Shown in pieces: positions 1-9,039 of a DNA stretch of 64,000 nucleotides. Source of the DNA: Sulfitobacter sp. (GTDB taxonomy: Bacteria; Pseudomonadota; Alphaproteobacteria; Rhodobacterales; Rhodobacteraceae); the NCBI GenBank assembly GCA_049794055.1, contig JBARCL010000128.1, forward strand, positions 5,127 to 69,126, in the 5' to 3' direction. Under the pieces are notes generated by a model. That model saw only the letters and a list, made by a program, of their open reading frames with translations. It searched no databases and had not been told where the DNA came from. The translations under genes and the position numbers were made by a program. Position 1 is the first letter of the stretch, and every line of letters starts with the position of its first letter.

Positions 1-2
1 CC

Positions 3-164
3 GACCAGATTGGGATGCTGGCGCTCAGCCATGTCGCAAGCGATGTGACGGCCTGCATTGATCAAGGCAACGGTGTTGCCGTCGCCGCGACCCTGTCACG
101 ACTGATGCGGGTGGGCGACAGATCGCTGACCGCCGTCTGGGATATTCAGGATTTGTCGATCTAG
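3..164 (+). CDS. 3' end of a hypothetical protein (partial, runs off the window start); helical, possibly HPt-like fold
   Basis: Frame 3 is open from the window edge to TAG at 162-164 (DQIGMLALSHVASDVTACIDQGNGVAVAATLSRLMRVGDRSLTAVWDIQDLSI*). It is not in the ORF track. Confidence 0.6.
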   Translation, partial: DQIGMLALSHVASDVTACIDQGNGVAVAATLSRLMRVGDRSLTAVWDIQDLSI

Positions 165-240
165 GGATCGCAGTTGACCCATTGCGGGGGCGTATAAAAA
201 GCGTAGGTTAAACGGGCCCAAATACACAAACAGGTCCATC

Positions 241-1623
241 ATGACGCTTTCCTTTGCCCCCGCCAGCGACGCCAGCATTCCCTTGCATATCCTTGCAGAA
301 GACCAGCTGGAAGCATGGCGCGCCGACCAATCCGAAGCCACAAAAAACGGGCTGGTATCGCAGGGCTTTACCGGAGCATTAGGTCAGGTCGCAAGCTTTG
401 CCGGTCCCGATGGTACGGCGGCCATGGCCGTGGCGGGATACGGCACTGAAGCGGCGCGGCGACGTGGCCGGTTTCACCTTGCAGCCGCGGCCGCAAAATT
501 GCCCAAAGGCGATTATCACATCGTCAGCGATCTTGATGTTGACACGCTGACGGTCGAGGCTTTCGGATGGCTGCTGGCAAGCTACAGGTTTGACCGCTAT
601 CGCAAGCAAACCCCGCTGCCTGCGCGGATGGTCGCCCCCGATGGTGTAAATGCGACCCGGGTCCAGGTGCTTGCCACCGGCGAAGCCTTGACCCGTGATC
701 TGATCAATACCCCCGCCAACGATATGGGACCACACGATCTGGAACAGGCTACGCGGCATCTGGCAGGCCAGCATGACGCCAAAGTCACTGTCATCACCGG
801 TGATGACCTTTTGACGCAAAACTTTCCGCTGATCCACACGGTTGGCCGTGCTGCCGATCGCGCACCCCGGTTGATCGACATGCGCTGGGGGCACTCAGGC
901 CCCAAACTGACACTGGTCGGCAAGGGCGTGTGTTTTGATACCGGTGGACTGAATCTCAAACCCGGCGCCTCCATGGCGCTGATGAAAAAAGACATGGGCG
1001 GGGCCGCTGCCGTTCTGGGGCTCGCGCATATGATCATGGCGCTGGGCGTCGCTGTGCAACTGCGTGTGCTGATCCCCGCGGTCGAAAACGCCGTCGCAGG
1101 CAATGCCTTCCGCCCCGGCGACATCCTAACCTCGCGCAAGGGTCTCACGGTGGAAATCAACAATACCGACGCCGAAGGCCGTCTGGTGCTGGCCGACGCG
1201 CTTGCTCTGGCGGATGAGGACAAGCCCGATCAGATTATCTCGATGGCGACCCTCACCGGTGCGGCACGCGTTGCCGTCGGTCCCGACCTTGCCCCATACT
1301 TCAGCGACGATCCTGCTTTTGTCACAGCGTTGGAAACCGCTGCAAACCAGGAACAGGACCCCGTGTGGCGCATGCCGTTCCACGATCCTTACGAAACAAT
1401 GATCGAACCGGGCATTGCCGATCTGGATAATGCCCCCAAAGGCGGCTTCGCCGGCTGCATCACCGCCGCCCTTTTCCTACGCCGCTTTGTTAGCGACAGC
1501 CCCTACGCCCACTTCGATATCTATGGCCACCAACCCGCCGACGCGCCCGCCCGCCCGAAAGGCGGTGTCGGTCAGGCCACCCGTGCAGTCTTTGCTGCCC
1601 TTCCCGCCCTGCTACAGAGATGA
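241..1623 (+). CDS. M17 family leucyl aminopeptidase
   Basis: Motifs VGKGVCFDTGG, KKDMGGAA and NTDAEGRL; 460 aa. Confidence 0.95.
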   Translation: MTLSFAPASDASIPLHILAEDQLEAWRADQSEATKNGLVSQGFTGALGQVASFAGPDGTAAMAVAGYGTEAARRRGRFHLAAAAAKLPKGDYHIVSDLDVDTLTVEAFGWLLASYRFDRYRKQTPLPARMVAPDGVNATRVQVLATGEALTRDLINTPANDMGPHDLEQATRHLAGQHDAKVTVITGDDLLTQNFPLIHTVGRAADRAPRLIDMRWGHSGPKLTLVGKGVCFDTGGLNLKPGASMALMKKDMGGAAAVLGLAHMIMALGVAVQLRVLIPAVENAVAGNAFRPGDILTSRKGLTVEINNTDAEGRLVLADALALADEDKPDQIISMATLTGAARVAVGPDLAPYFSDDPAFVTALETAANQEQDPVWRMPFHDPYETMIEPGIADLDNAPKGGFAGCITAALFLRRFVSDSPYAHFDIYGHQPADAPARPKGGVGQATRAVFAALPALLQR

Positions 1624-2393
1624 GCGATCCACGGCTGACACCTGATCCGGCCCTTGCGATCACGGATAAACCGGCACAAATCGTGCGGCCCGTTGTTGAC
1701 CTGTGTCGTACTCCGTCCGGCCCGCGCGACCGGCAACTTCTGTTTGGCGACGGCGTTCGCGTCCTCAGTACAACCGCCGGATGGTCCTATGTTCAGGCGG
1801 AAAAGGACGGCTATTGCGGGCATGTACCCGCTGACAGCCACGGGCCCTTGATCAACCCGACCCATTACGTCAGCGCCTGTGCGACCCATGTCTATAGCCG
1901 TGCGGATTTCAAATCACCTGACCGGATGCGTCTCAGCCATGCCAGCCGCGTCACTGTCACGGCACAAACAGATAGGTTCGCGCAAACCGCGGTCGGGTTC
2001 ATCCCCACGCAACATCTGACGCCGCTCAAGACCCGAAAAGACGATCCGGCAGACATTGCCGCGCTTTACCTTGGCACGCCCTATCTTTGGGGTGGCAACA
2101 GCCACGATGGCATCGACTGTTCGGGCCTCGTCCAAGCTGCCCTGCTTACCTGCGCCATCCCCTGCCCGGGCGACAGTGACATGCAAATGGCGCTGGGGCA
2201 TGACGCCACCACCCCCTACCTGCGCAATGACCTGCTGTTCTGGAAAGGTCATGTGGCGCTGGTCACGGACAGCAACACCCTGATCCACGCCAATGCCGGT
2301 GCAATGGCCTGCGTCTATGAACCGATCGACGCCGCTATTTCCCGCATTCAGACACAGGGCGACGGCCCTCTTACCGCACACCGCAGGCTCTAA
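1620..2393 (+). CDS. NlpC/P60 (C40) peptidase with N-terminal SH3-like region and no signal peptide
   Basis: YLGTPYLWGG, GIDCSGL (catalytic Cys), KGHV (His), LIHA; ATGA overlap with the upstream gene. Confidence 0.9.
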   Translation: MSDPRLTPDPALAITDKPAQIVRPVVDLCRTPSGPRDRQLLFGDGVRVLSTTAGWSYVQAEKDGYCGHVPADSHGPLINPTHYVSACATHVYSRADFKSPDRMRLSHASRVTVTAQTDRFAQTAVGFIPTQHLTPLKTRKDDPADIAALYLGTPYLWGGNSHDGIDCSGLVQAALLTCAIPCPGDSDMQMALGHDATTPYLRNDLLFWKGHVALVTDSNTLIHANAGAMACVYEPIDAAISRIQTQGDGPLTAHRRL

Positions 2394-2476
2394 CGCGTTC
2401 CTGCTCCTCTTTTTGGCCTTAAATACTGTCCGCACCCAGGGTCAGGCGCCCACTCCAACGTTCGATCACCCCTTGC

Positions 2477-2824
2477 CTACTCTACCGCGCGGATAAGTTT
2501 GCGCTCCAGCACCCGTAACACCGCTTTGAGGTCGGAGCCGCGCTTCAGCACCTGCCCCCCGGTCCCGATCACTGCATATATCCCCTGCTTGTTGCGCAGC
2601 TTGGGCCGTTTTTCGATCCGGTACAAGGGCACCTCCGCCGTGCGGCGAAAGACCGAAAACACCGCAACTTCGCGCTGGTGGGAAATTCCGTAGTCGCGCC
2701 ATTCACCGGCGGCTACCATACGCCCATATAGCGACAGGATCACCGACAGTTCGGTGCGGTGAAAGGCGACTTGTTCCAGCGGGCGCTCAAATGGCGTCGC
2801 ATTTGGTGGAAGATGTATTGTCAT
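2477..2824 (-). CDS. DUF2794 family protein
   Basis: F-x-R-x-EL..YGRMVAAGEWRDYGI..FRRTAEVPLYRIEKRPKL pattern typical of this alphaproteobacterial family. Confidence 0.8.
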   Translation of the reverse strand: MTIHLPPNATPFERPLEQVAFHRTELSVILSLYGRMVAAGEWRDYGISHQREVAVFSVFRRTAEVPLYRIEKRPKLRNKQGIYAVIGTGGQVLKRGSDLKAVLRVLERKLIRAVE

Positions 2825-2888
2825 ATCTCCACAGTTGCGCCCTTTGCCAAACAGATCAAGAGTGAGGGATGATCAAATTTGTTGAAAG

Positions 2889-2926
2889 TGTTACAGAAAA
2901 ATGCAAGTGTCCGAATTTATGAAACA
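2889..2926. promoter_or_regulatory. Candidate operator upstream of paaI (imperfect inverted repeat TGTTACA-N24-TGAAACA)
   Basis: AT-rich intergenic region; the widely spaced inverted half-sites resemble the PaaX operator architecture (inference). Confidence 0.3.
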
Positions 2927-2941
2927 TGAAGGCAGCCACAA

Positions 2942-3367
2942 ATGACCCCGCAAGAGCGCGCACGTAAATGCGCCGACCTGATGTTTGCCTCTGATGCCGC
3001 CTCCTCGGGGTTGGGCATGACGATAGAAGACATCGGGCCAGGACATGCCGTAATGCAGATGAGGGTCCGCGCCGATATGTTGAACGGCCATCGCATCTGT
3101 CATGGCGGATTTATCTTTACGCTGGCTGACAGCGCCTTTGCTTTTGCCTGCAACAGTTACAACCAGTTGGTGGTCGCCCAACAGAACCAGATAACCTATC
3201 TCGCGCCGGGCCAGGAAGGTGAGCAGCTGACCGCCACCGCCGTAGAAACCTCGCGCACGGGACGCTCTGGCATCTATGACGTCACTGTTACCGGCGAAGA
3301 CGGCCGAACCGTCGCCCTTTTCCGTGGTCTGTCACGCACCATCAAAGGCCAACATTTCAATGAGTGA
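2942..3367 (+). CDS. paaI: Hydroxyphenylacetyl-CoA thioesterase PaaI (hotdog fold)
   Basis: HGGFIFTLADSAFAFACN motif; directly upstream of paaK. Confidence 0.92.
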   Translation: MTPQERARKCADLMFASDAASSGLGMTIEDIGPGHAVMQMRVRADMLNGHRICHGGFIFTLADSAFAFACNSYNQLVVAQQNQITYLAPGQEGEQLTATAVETSRTGRSGIYDVTVTGEDGRTVALFRGLSRTIKGQHFNE

Positions 3368-3379
3368 AGGAACACCCGA

Positions 3380-4690
3380 ATGAAAGACCTGACCCCCGCC
3401 CGCGACACGCTGGATGCTATTGAAATCGCCAGCCGTGACGAGATTGCAGCCCTGCAATTGAAGCGGATGAAATGGTCTCTGCGCCACGCCTATGACAATG
3501 TGCCGTTCTACAAGAAAAGCTTTGATGATGCCGGCGTACATCCCGATGACCTGAAGGACTTGTCCGATCTGGCAAAGTTTCCCTTTACCGTCAAAACCGA
3601 TCTGCGCGACAACTACCCGTTCAGAATGTTCGCCGTGCCGCGCGAAAAGGTTGCCCGTATCCATGCATCATCGGGTACGACGGGCCAGCCGACGGTTGTG
3701 GGATATACAAAAACCGACCTCGAAAACTGGGGCGCAGTGGTCGCCCGTTCGCTACGGGCCGCCGGTATGAAACCCGGTGACATGCTACACAATGCCTATG
3801 GTTATGGCCTGTTCACCGGCGGCTTGGGGATCCACCTGGGGGCTGATTCTCTTGGCCTCTCGACCTATCCCGTCTCCGGTGGCATGACCCCTCGCCAGGT
3901 GCGTCTGATCGATGATTTCAAACCCAAGGGCATCACGGTGACGCCCTCCTATTCCCTGTCGATCCTGGACGAGTTCGCCACACAAGGGCTGGACCCACGT
4001 GACTGCTCTCTTGAGGTCGGAATTTTCGGAGCTGAACCATGGACAAACGCCATGCGCAGCGAAATTGAGCAGGCATTTGACATGCATGCCGTTGATATTT
4101 ATGGACTATCCGAGGTCATGGGCCCCGGCGTTTCAATGGAATGTGTGGAAACCAAAGACGGGCTGCACATTTGGGAAGATCACTTCTATCCCGAAATCGT
4201 CAACCCCGAGACGGGTGAACCCGTTGCGGACGGCGAACAGGGTGAACTGGTTTTTACCTCGTTGACCAAAGAGGCATTTCCGATCATCCGATACCGCACC
4301 CGCGACCTGACGCGCCTGCTGCCCGGCACCGCAAGGTCAATGCGCAGGATGGAAAAGGTGACGGGGCGTAGCGATGATATGATCATCCTGCGCGGTGTGA
4401 ACATCTTCCCGACCCAGATCGAGGAAGCGCTGATGGCCACTCCAGGCCTTGCGCCCCATTTCCAAATCGAGCTGTCGCGCCCTGACCGGATGGACCAGAT
4501 GCGTGTATTGTGTGAATGCGCCGACGCGAGTGTAAGCGAGGAGGCCCGTCAGGCAGCAGCCAAAACCATGTCTGCCCTTATCAAACAGACAGTGGGGATC
4601 AGCGCCAAAGTCGAGGTGACCGACGTGGGCGGCGTGCCCCGCTCGGAAGGCAAAGCCGTGCGGATCGTGGACAACCGCCCAAAGGGTTAA
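3380..4690 (+). CDS. paaK: Phenylacetate-CoA ligase
   Basis: HASSGTTG, DIYGLSE, RYRTRD, GRSDDMII; 436 aa. Confidence 0.95.
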   Translation: MKDLTPARDTLDAIEIASRDEIAALQLKRMKWSLRHAYDNVPFYKKSFDDAGVHPDDLKDLSDLAKFPFTVKTDLRDNYPFRMFAVPREKVARIHASSGTTGQPTVVGYTKTDLENWGAVVARSLRAAGMKPGDMLHNAYGYGLFTGGLGIHLGADSLGLSTYPVSGGMTPRQVRLIDDFKPKGITVTPSYSLSILDEFATQGLDPRDCSLEVGIFGAEPWTNAMRSEIEQAFDMHAVDIYGLSEVMGPGVSMECVETKDGLHIWEDHFYPEIVNPETGEPVADGEQGELVFTSLTKEAFPIIRYRTRDLTRLLPGTARSMRRMEKVTGRSDDMIILRGVNIFPTQIEEALMATPGLAPHFQIELSRPDRMDQMRVLCECADASVSEEARQAAAKTMSALIKQTVGISAKVEVTDVGGVPRSEGKAVRIVDNRPKG

Positions 4691-4980
4691 CCGCAGTCAA
4701 TCGCGATAATCGTGTCAGTGTCATCCAGTTTGACGTTCAGTCGGGCTGGATTGAAATCAGACGTGACCGGATCACCCAAACGGTAGGTGCGCTTCGGATT
4801 TGGCAAGGACAGATCAACCACAGCGTCCTGCCCCACAAGGCTTTGGTAAGCCGACGCATTGCAGGTGTCGGGCCCGCTGGCCGGTTGCGCGGGGCTGGCC
4901 GGTTTTGAATTAGGTGCCACCGCGCATCCGGCGACCAGCACAAGTGCCATCAAGGGGACTGTATTGTGTAGCTTTCTCAT
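4687..4980 (-). CDS. I78 family peptidase-inhibitor-like lipoprotein
   Basis: ATG at 4980 with a purine-rich RBS; lipobox VAGC; C-terminal DTC..LVG..VTSDFNPARLNVKLD..IDCG. Confidence 0.8.
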   Translation of the reverse strand: MRKLHNTVPLMALVLVAGCAVAPNSKPASPAQPASGPDTCNASAYQSLVGQDAVVDLSLPNPKRTYRLGDPVTSDFNPARLNVKLDDTDTIIAIDCG

Positions 4981-4996
4981 CTTTTCTTTCCTTCCT

Positions 4997-5614
4997 TCAG
5001 GTTCCGTACCGGGCCATGAACATATCAACCGCCCCATCCACCACGCGGGTAATTTCCGCATCTGAAACCGTTTTGCTAACCCCGAAAATCAGGCGGGGCC
5101 AGATGTCGGCCTTACACAATTCACCAAACTGGTCCGCGGCAAGTTCATAATCGTCAATTTTCAATACTCCACGCTCTTCGGCCCCTTTGAAATACTCTGC
5201 CATTTCGCGGCGCATCTCGGCAGGGCCGGAGTTGTAAAAGCTCTGACCGATCTCGGGGAACCGGTCGGCTTCGGCCACGCATATGCGGAAAACCTGCAAC
5301 CCGAAAGTCGATGTGATAAACCGCAGAAAATGATGCGCGGCCTGTGACAGGACAGCGCGCGGGGCCGCATTCATGTCGATGCTGTCTAATGCTTCCTGCG
5401 ACTGACGGGCACATTCCGTGTCCGCAACTTTCATAAATAACAAACGCTTATCGGGGAAATAGCTATAGAGCGTCGCCTTTGACACCGCAGCCACCCGCGC
5501 AATCTCGTCTACACTTGCCCCTTCAAAGCCGTCAGCCATGAACACAGCCCGTGCCCCTTCCAGAACCTGGTCATACTTGCGGCCTTTACGGACCTTGGGA
5601 GCGGTGGTGGTCAT
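4997..5614 (-). CDS. TetR/AcrR family transcriptional regulator
   Basis: HTH GFEGASVDEIARVAAVSKATLYSYFPDK; start chosen at ATG 5614. Confidence 0.9.
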   Translation of the reverse strand: MTTTAPKVRKGRKYDQVLEGARAVFMADGFEGASVDEIARVAAVSKATLYSYFPDKRLLFMKVADTECARQSQEALDSIDMNAAPRAVLSQAAHHFLRFITSTFGLQVFRICVAEADRFPEIGQSFYNSGPAEMRREMAEYFKGAEERGVLKIDDYELAADQFGELCKADIWPRLIFGVSKTVSDAEITRVVDGAVDMFMARYGT

Positions 5615-5711
5615 GAATTCTCCGGGATGTAAGATACGCAGGGTATAAACCGTTTCGTTCAGTTCCAAGCCTTAATCCTGCGTCACCCCCTTGTGGCAGG
5701 AAATAATAGAC

Positions 5712-5728
5712 TTTAGAATTATTCTAAA
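5712..5728. promoter_or_regulatory. Iron control element (ICE, Irr-binding site)
   Basis: TTTAGAA-TTA-TTCTAAA is an exact match to the TTTAGAA-N3-TTCTAAA consensus, 13 nt upstream of the mbfA ATG. Confidence 0.9.
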
Positions 5729-5741
5729 TATTCGGAGTATC

Positions 5742-6719
5742 ATGATGCGTTTTTCCTTTGGTAGAAAGCGGTTCCGCGATCTGAGCGAACAGGAAGTACT
5801 GGCGCTGGCCATCTCGTCCGAGGAAGACGACGCGCGGATTTACCGCGGGTATGCCGAGGCCTTGCGCGCGGAATTTCCAGGATCAGCTGCTGTTTTTGAG
5901 GGGATGGCCGCAGAAGAAGACTCGCATCGCCAGCGCCTGATCGACCTGCACCTCCATCGCTTCGGCTCTGTCATTCCGTTGATCCGGCGCGAGCATGTGT
6001 CGGGCTATTACGCCCGCCGCCCCGTCTGGCTGATCGAAAACCTGGGATTGGAACGGATCCGGACCGAAGCGGCCGCAATGGAACGGGACGCCGAACGCTT
6101 CTATCTTGCTGCAGCCGCACGGACCGAAGACGCACAAACCCGCAAACTATTGGGTGATCTGGCCGCCGCAGAAGCAGGGCATCAAAACGACGCCGCAAGC
6201 CTGTCAGCCCAACATCTTGATGCAGAAAGCATTGACGCCGAGGACAATCTGGAGCGTCGCCAGTTTTTGCTGACATGGGTTCAACCGGGTTTGGCGGGGT
6301 TGATGGATGGTTCTGTCTCGACCCTTGCGCCAATCTTTGCCACCGCCTTTGCAACACAGGACACATGGACAACCTTTCTTGTCGGTCTGGCGGCATCCGT
6401 GGGCGCAGGTATTTCCATGGGCTTTACCGAAGCGGCCTCTGATGACGGGTCCCTGTCCGGTCGTGGCTCGCCTTGGAAGCGCGGGTTTGCATCCGGTATC
6501 ATGACCACTTTGGGCGGGTTGGGCCATGCCCTGCCCTATCTGATCCCCGATTTCTGGACCGCAACAACAGTGGCCTTCGTTGTCGTGTTTATCGAACTCT
6601 GGGCGATTGCGTGGATTCAGAACAAATATATGGAAACCCCGTTCTTCCGCGCCGCCTTGCAGGTTGTACTGGGCGGAGCCCTTGTTTTTGCGACCGGCGT
6701 CCTGATCGGCTCGGGATAA
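5742..6719 (+). CDS. mbfA: Iron exporter MbfA (rubrerythrin-like N-domain plus VIT1/CCC1 membrane domain)
   Basis: ExxH di-iron motifs (EEDSH, EAGH), then QPGLAGLMDGSVSTLAPIF and TM helices; GGAG RBS before ATG 5742. Confidence 0.93.
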   Translation: MMRFSFGRKRFRDLSEQEVLALAISSEEDDARIYRGYAEALRAEFPGSAAVFEGMAAEEDSHRQRLIDLHLHRFGSVIPLIRREHVSGYYARRPVWLIENLGLERIRTEAAAMERDAERFYLAAAARTEDAQTRKLLGDLAAAEAGHQNDAASLSAQHLDAESIDAEDNLERRQFLLTWVQPGLAGLMDGSVSTLAPIFATAFATQDTWTTFLVGLAASVGAGISMGFTEAASDDGSLSGRGSPWKRGFASGIMTTLGGLGHALPYLIPDFWTATTVAFVVVFIELWAIAWIQNKYMETPFFRAALQVVLGGALVFATGVLIGSG

Positions 6720-6756
6720 CCTTGCAAGGACACCGATTGCTGGATACTTCTGATCC

Positions 6757-7686
6757 ATGCTCGCTATCTTTCTGAAAACCCTACCCTTCTTTGCCCTGAT
6801 CGGGCTGGGATTCTGGGCTGGCCGTAGCCGGTTTTTCAGCGCTGAGGCAACGGCCTATCTGACCAAATTCGTATTCTACTTTGCTCTTTCCGCGATGTTG
6901 TTCCGTTTTTCCGCCAATCTGTCACTGGCCGAGCTTTGGGACACACGCTTGTTTGCCGCCTATCTTTGGGGCACAGCCTTTGTCTATGGCATTGCCACCA
7001 TCGCCGGGTTTCTGCGCGGGCTCGACATTCCCACCACCGCGATCGAAGCCCAGTGCGCGGTGATCGGCAACGCCGGCTTTCTCGGCGTGCCGATGTTGAC
7101 GCTGCTGCTTGGGCCAGAAGCAATCGGCCCTGTCCTGCTTGCGTTGTCTATTGATTTAATTGTGTTTTCCAGCCTTGTCGTCATTCTGATCACCGGCTCA
7201 CGTGATGGGCAAGTCAGCCTGCGGATGCTGCGCAACATTGCCTTGGGTTTGGTCAAGAACCCCATGATTGTCGCGATCTCTTTGGGGTTTCTCTGGTCTG
7301 GCCTTCACATCCCGATCCCCGATCCAATGAACGATTTTCTGGCCATTCTCGGCGGTGCCGCCACGCCCGGTGCGCTGTTCGCTATTGGCGCGTCGCTGGC
7401 ATTTACCGCGCCGGATAACATGCCCGTTGCCGGATGGCTGACCTTTTGCAAACTTGTGCTGCACCCCCTGTTTGTCGGATTTGCGGCCCTGTTCCTGTTC
7501 GGGGTCGATCCTTTCAAGGCAGGAGTAATCATTGCTGTTGCGGCCCTTCCTGTTGCGGGCAATGTCTATATGCTGGCACAGCACTACGGTGTGGCACCAG
7601 TACGGGTATCCACTGCCATTCTGGTATCCACCGCCATCAGTATTTTAACCGTCAGCCTTGTTATCGGCTGGATCACAACCGCCTGA
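6757..7686 (+). CDS. AEC (auxin efflux carrier) family transporter
   Basis: About 10 TM helices; GNAGFLGVP, KNPMIVA, ALFAIG, KLVLHP and LPVAGNVY motifs. Confidence 0.85.
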   Translation: MLAIFLKTLPFFALIGLGFWAGRSRFFSAEATAYLTKFVFYFALSAMLFRFSANLSLAELWDTRLFAAYLWGTAFVYGIATIAGFLRGLDIPTTAIEAQCAVIGNAGFLGVPMLTLLLGPEAIGPVLLALSIDLIVFSSLVVILITGSRDGQVSLRMLRNIALGLVKNPMIVAISLGFLWSGLHIPIPDPMNDFLAILGGAATPGALFAIGASLAFTAPDNMPVAGWLTFCKLVLHPLFVGFAALFLFGVDPFKAGVIIAVAALPVAGNVYMLAQHYGVAPVRVSTAILVSTAISILTVSLVIGWITTA

Positions 7687-7712
7687 ACCGCACTTTCGCA
7701 AAGGACCACCCG

Positions 7713-8546
7713 ATGAAAACCATATCAGAGAATGCCAGCTTTGGCGGCACCCAAGGCGTCTATTCCCACGCCTCCACGTCTTGTAACTGCGAGATGACGT
7801 TCGGGTTGTTCCTGCCCGCTGAAGCGCGGGACGGCCCTGTGCCGGTGCTGTGGTATCTATCGGGTCTGACCTGCACCCATGAAAACGCGATGAGCAAAGC
7901 GGGCGCGCAAGCTTGGGCAGCGGAACATGGCATCGCGGTTGTGTTCCCCGATACCTCGCCACGCGGCGATGATGTGGCCGATGACGAAGCGTATGATCTG
8001 GGCAAAGGCGCAGGGTTTTACGTGAACGCCACACAAGACCCATGGAAACCGCACTTCCAGATGTGGGACTATATTGCCGAAGAGTTACCTGCCTTTCTGG
8101 GTGAAAATTTCGCACTGGATATGGAACGGCAGGGCATAACCGGCCACTCGATGGGCGGCCACGGGGCGCTTACGCTGGCGATGAACCTTCCCGGGCGGTT
8201 TCTGTCAGTATCGGCTTTTGCGCCCATAGCCAACCCAACAGACAGTGATTGGGGCCGCAAACAATTGACCGCTTATCTTGGCGAGGATGAATCCGCTTGG
8301 GCTAAACATGACGCCAGCCTGCTGATGGCGGATGTAGGGTTTGATGGCCCGGTCCTGATCGATCAAGGGGCGTCAGACCAGTTTCTTGATCTGCTCAAAC
8401 CCGAAGCGCTGGCTGCGGCCATCGCCGCCAAGCGCCAACAGGGCACTTTCCGCATGCAACCGGCTTATGATCACAGCTATTTCTTCGTTTCCACATTCAT
8501 GGAAGATCACGTCGCCTTTCACGCCGAAGCACTTTACGGGGGCTGA
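7713..8546 (+). CDS. fghA: S-formylglutathione hydrolase
   Basis: LSGLTCT, PDTSPRG, GHSMGG nucleophile, YDHSYFF; ATG 7713 with AGGA RBS. Confidence 0.95.
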   Translation: MKTISENASFGGTQGVYSHASTSCNCEMTFGLFLPAEARDGPVPVLWYLSGLTCTHENAMSKAGAQAWAAEHGIAVVFPDTSPRGDDVADDEAYDLGKGAGFYVNATQDPWKPHFQMWDYIAEELPAFLGENFALDMERQGITGHSMGGHGALTLAMNLPGRFLSVSAFAPIANPTDSDWGRKQLTAYLGEDESAWAKHDASLLMADVGFDGPVLIDQGASDQFLDLLKPEALAAAIAAKRQQGTFRMQPAYDHSYFFVSTFMEDHVAFHAEALYGG

Positions 8547-8549
8547 TGG

Positions 8550-9002
8550 ATGACCGCGCTCTACATTGACGCTGATGCCTGTCCGGTCAAAGCCGAAGCA
8601 GAGCGTGTGGCCACCCGCCACAAGATCCGCATGTTTGTGGTGTCGAATGGCGGGTTGCGCCCGTCGCAAAATCCGCTGGTGGAAACCGTAATCGTGCCGG
8701 ATGGTCCCGATGTCGCCGACATGTGGATCGCAGAGCGGTGCGGGGCCGGCGATGTGGTGGTCACCGGAGACATTCCACTGGCTGCGAAATGTGTTGAAGC
8801 AGGCGCACGCGTGCTGAAACACAATGGTGAAGCGCTGACGTCAGCGAATATCGGCAACGTGCTGGCCACCCGCGATCTGATGACAGACCTGCGGGCAGCG
8901 GACCCATTTCGCCAAGGCGGCGGCAAAAGTTTTACCAAGGCGGACCGGTCGCGGTTTCTGGATGCGCTGGAACGCGAATTGCGTGCTGCGGTGCGTGTGT
9001 GA
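8550..9002 (+). CDS. YaiI/YqxD (DUF188) family protein
   Basis: [24 protein letters not shown]. Confidence 0.9.
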   Translation: MTALYIDADACPVKAEAERVATRHKIRMFVVSNGGLRPSQNPLVETVIVPDGPDVADMWIAERCGAGDVVVTGDIPLAAKCVEAGARVLKHNGEALTSANIGNVLATRDLMTDLRAADPFRQGGGKSFTKADRSRFLDALERELRAAVRV

Positions 9003-9039
9003 TCGTTATTGTTCAAGGGAAACGGTCGGAGAGGACAAC

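Noticed and set aside
2401..2460. CTCTTTTTGGCCTTAAATAC intergenic motif, reminiscent of small dispersed repeats in Rhodobacterales
   Set aside because: Only one convincing copy in the window and no terminal inverted repeats, so it cannot be supported without a genome-wide search.
5645..5665. Possible TetR autoregulatory palindrome (TAAACCGTTTCGTTCA)
   Set aside because: Too imperfect to call.
7434..7712. N-terminal extension of the fghA ORF in the ORF track (similar extensions at mbfA, HAD, OCD, envC, DUF1007, MFS, yhhQ, arfB and cobF)
   Set aside because: The extensions overlap upstream genes or regulatory DNA; downstream starts fit the RBS and family N-termini better.
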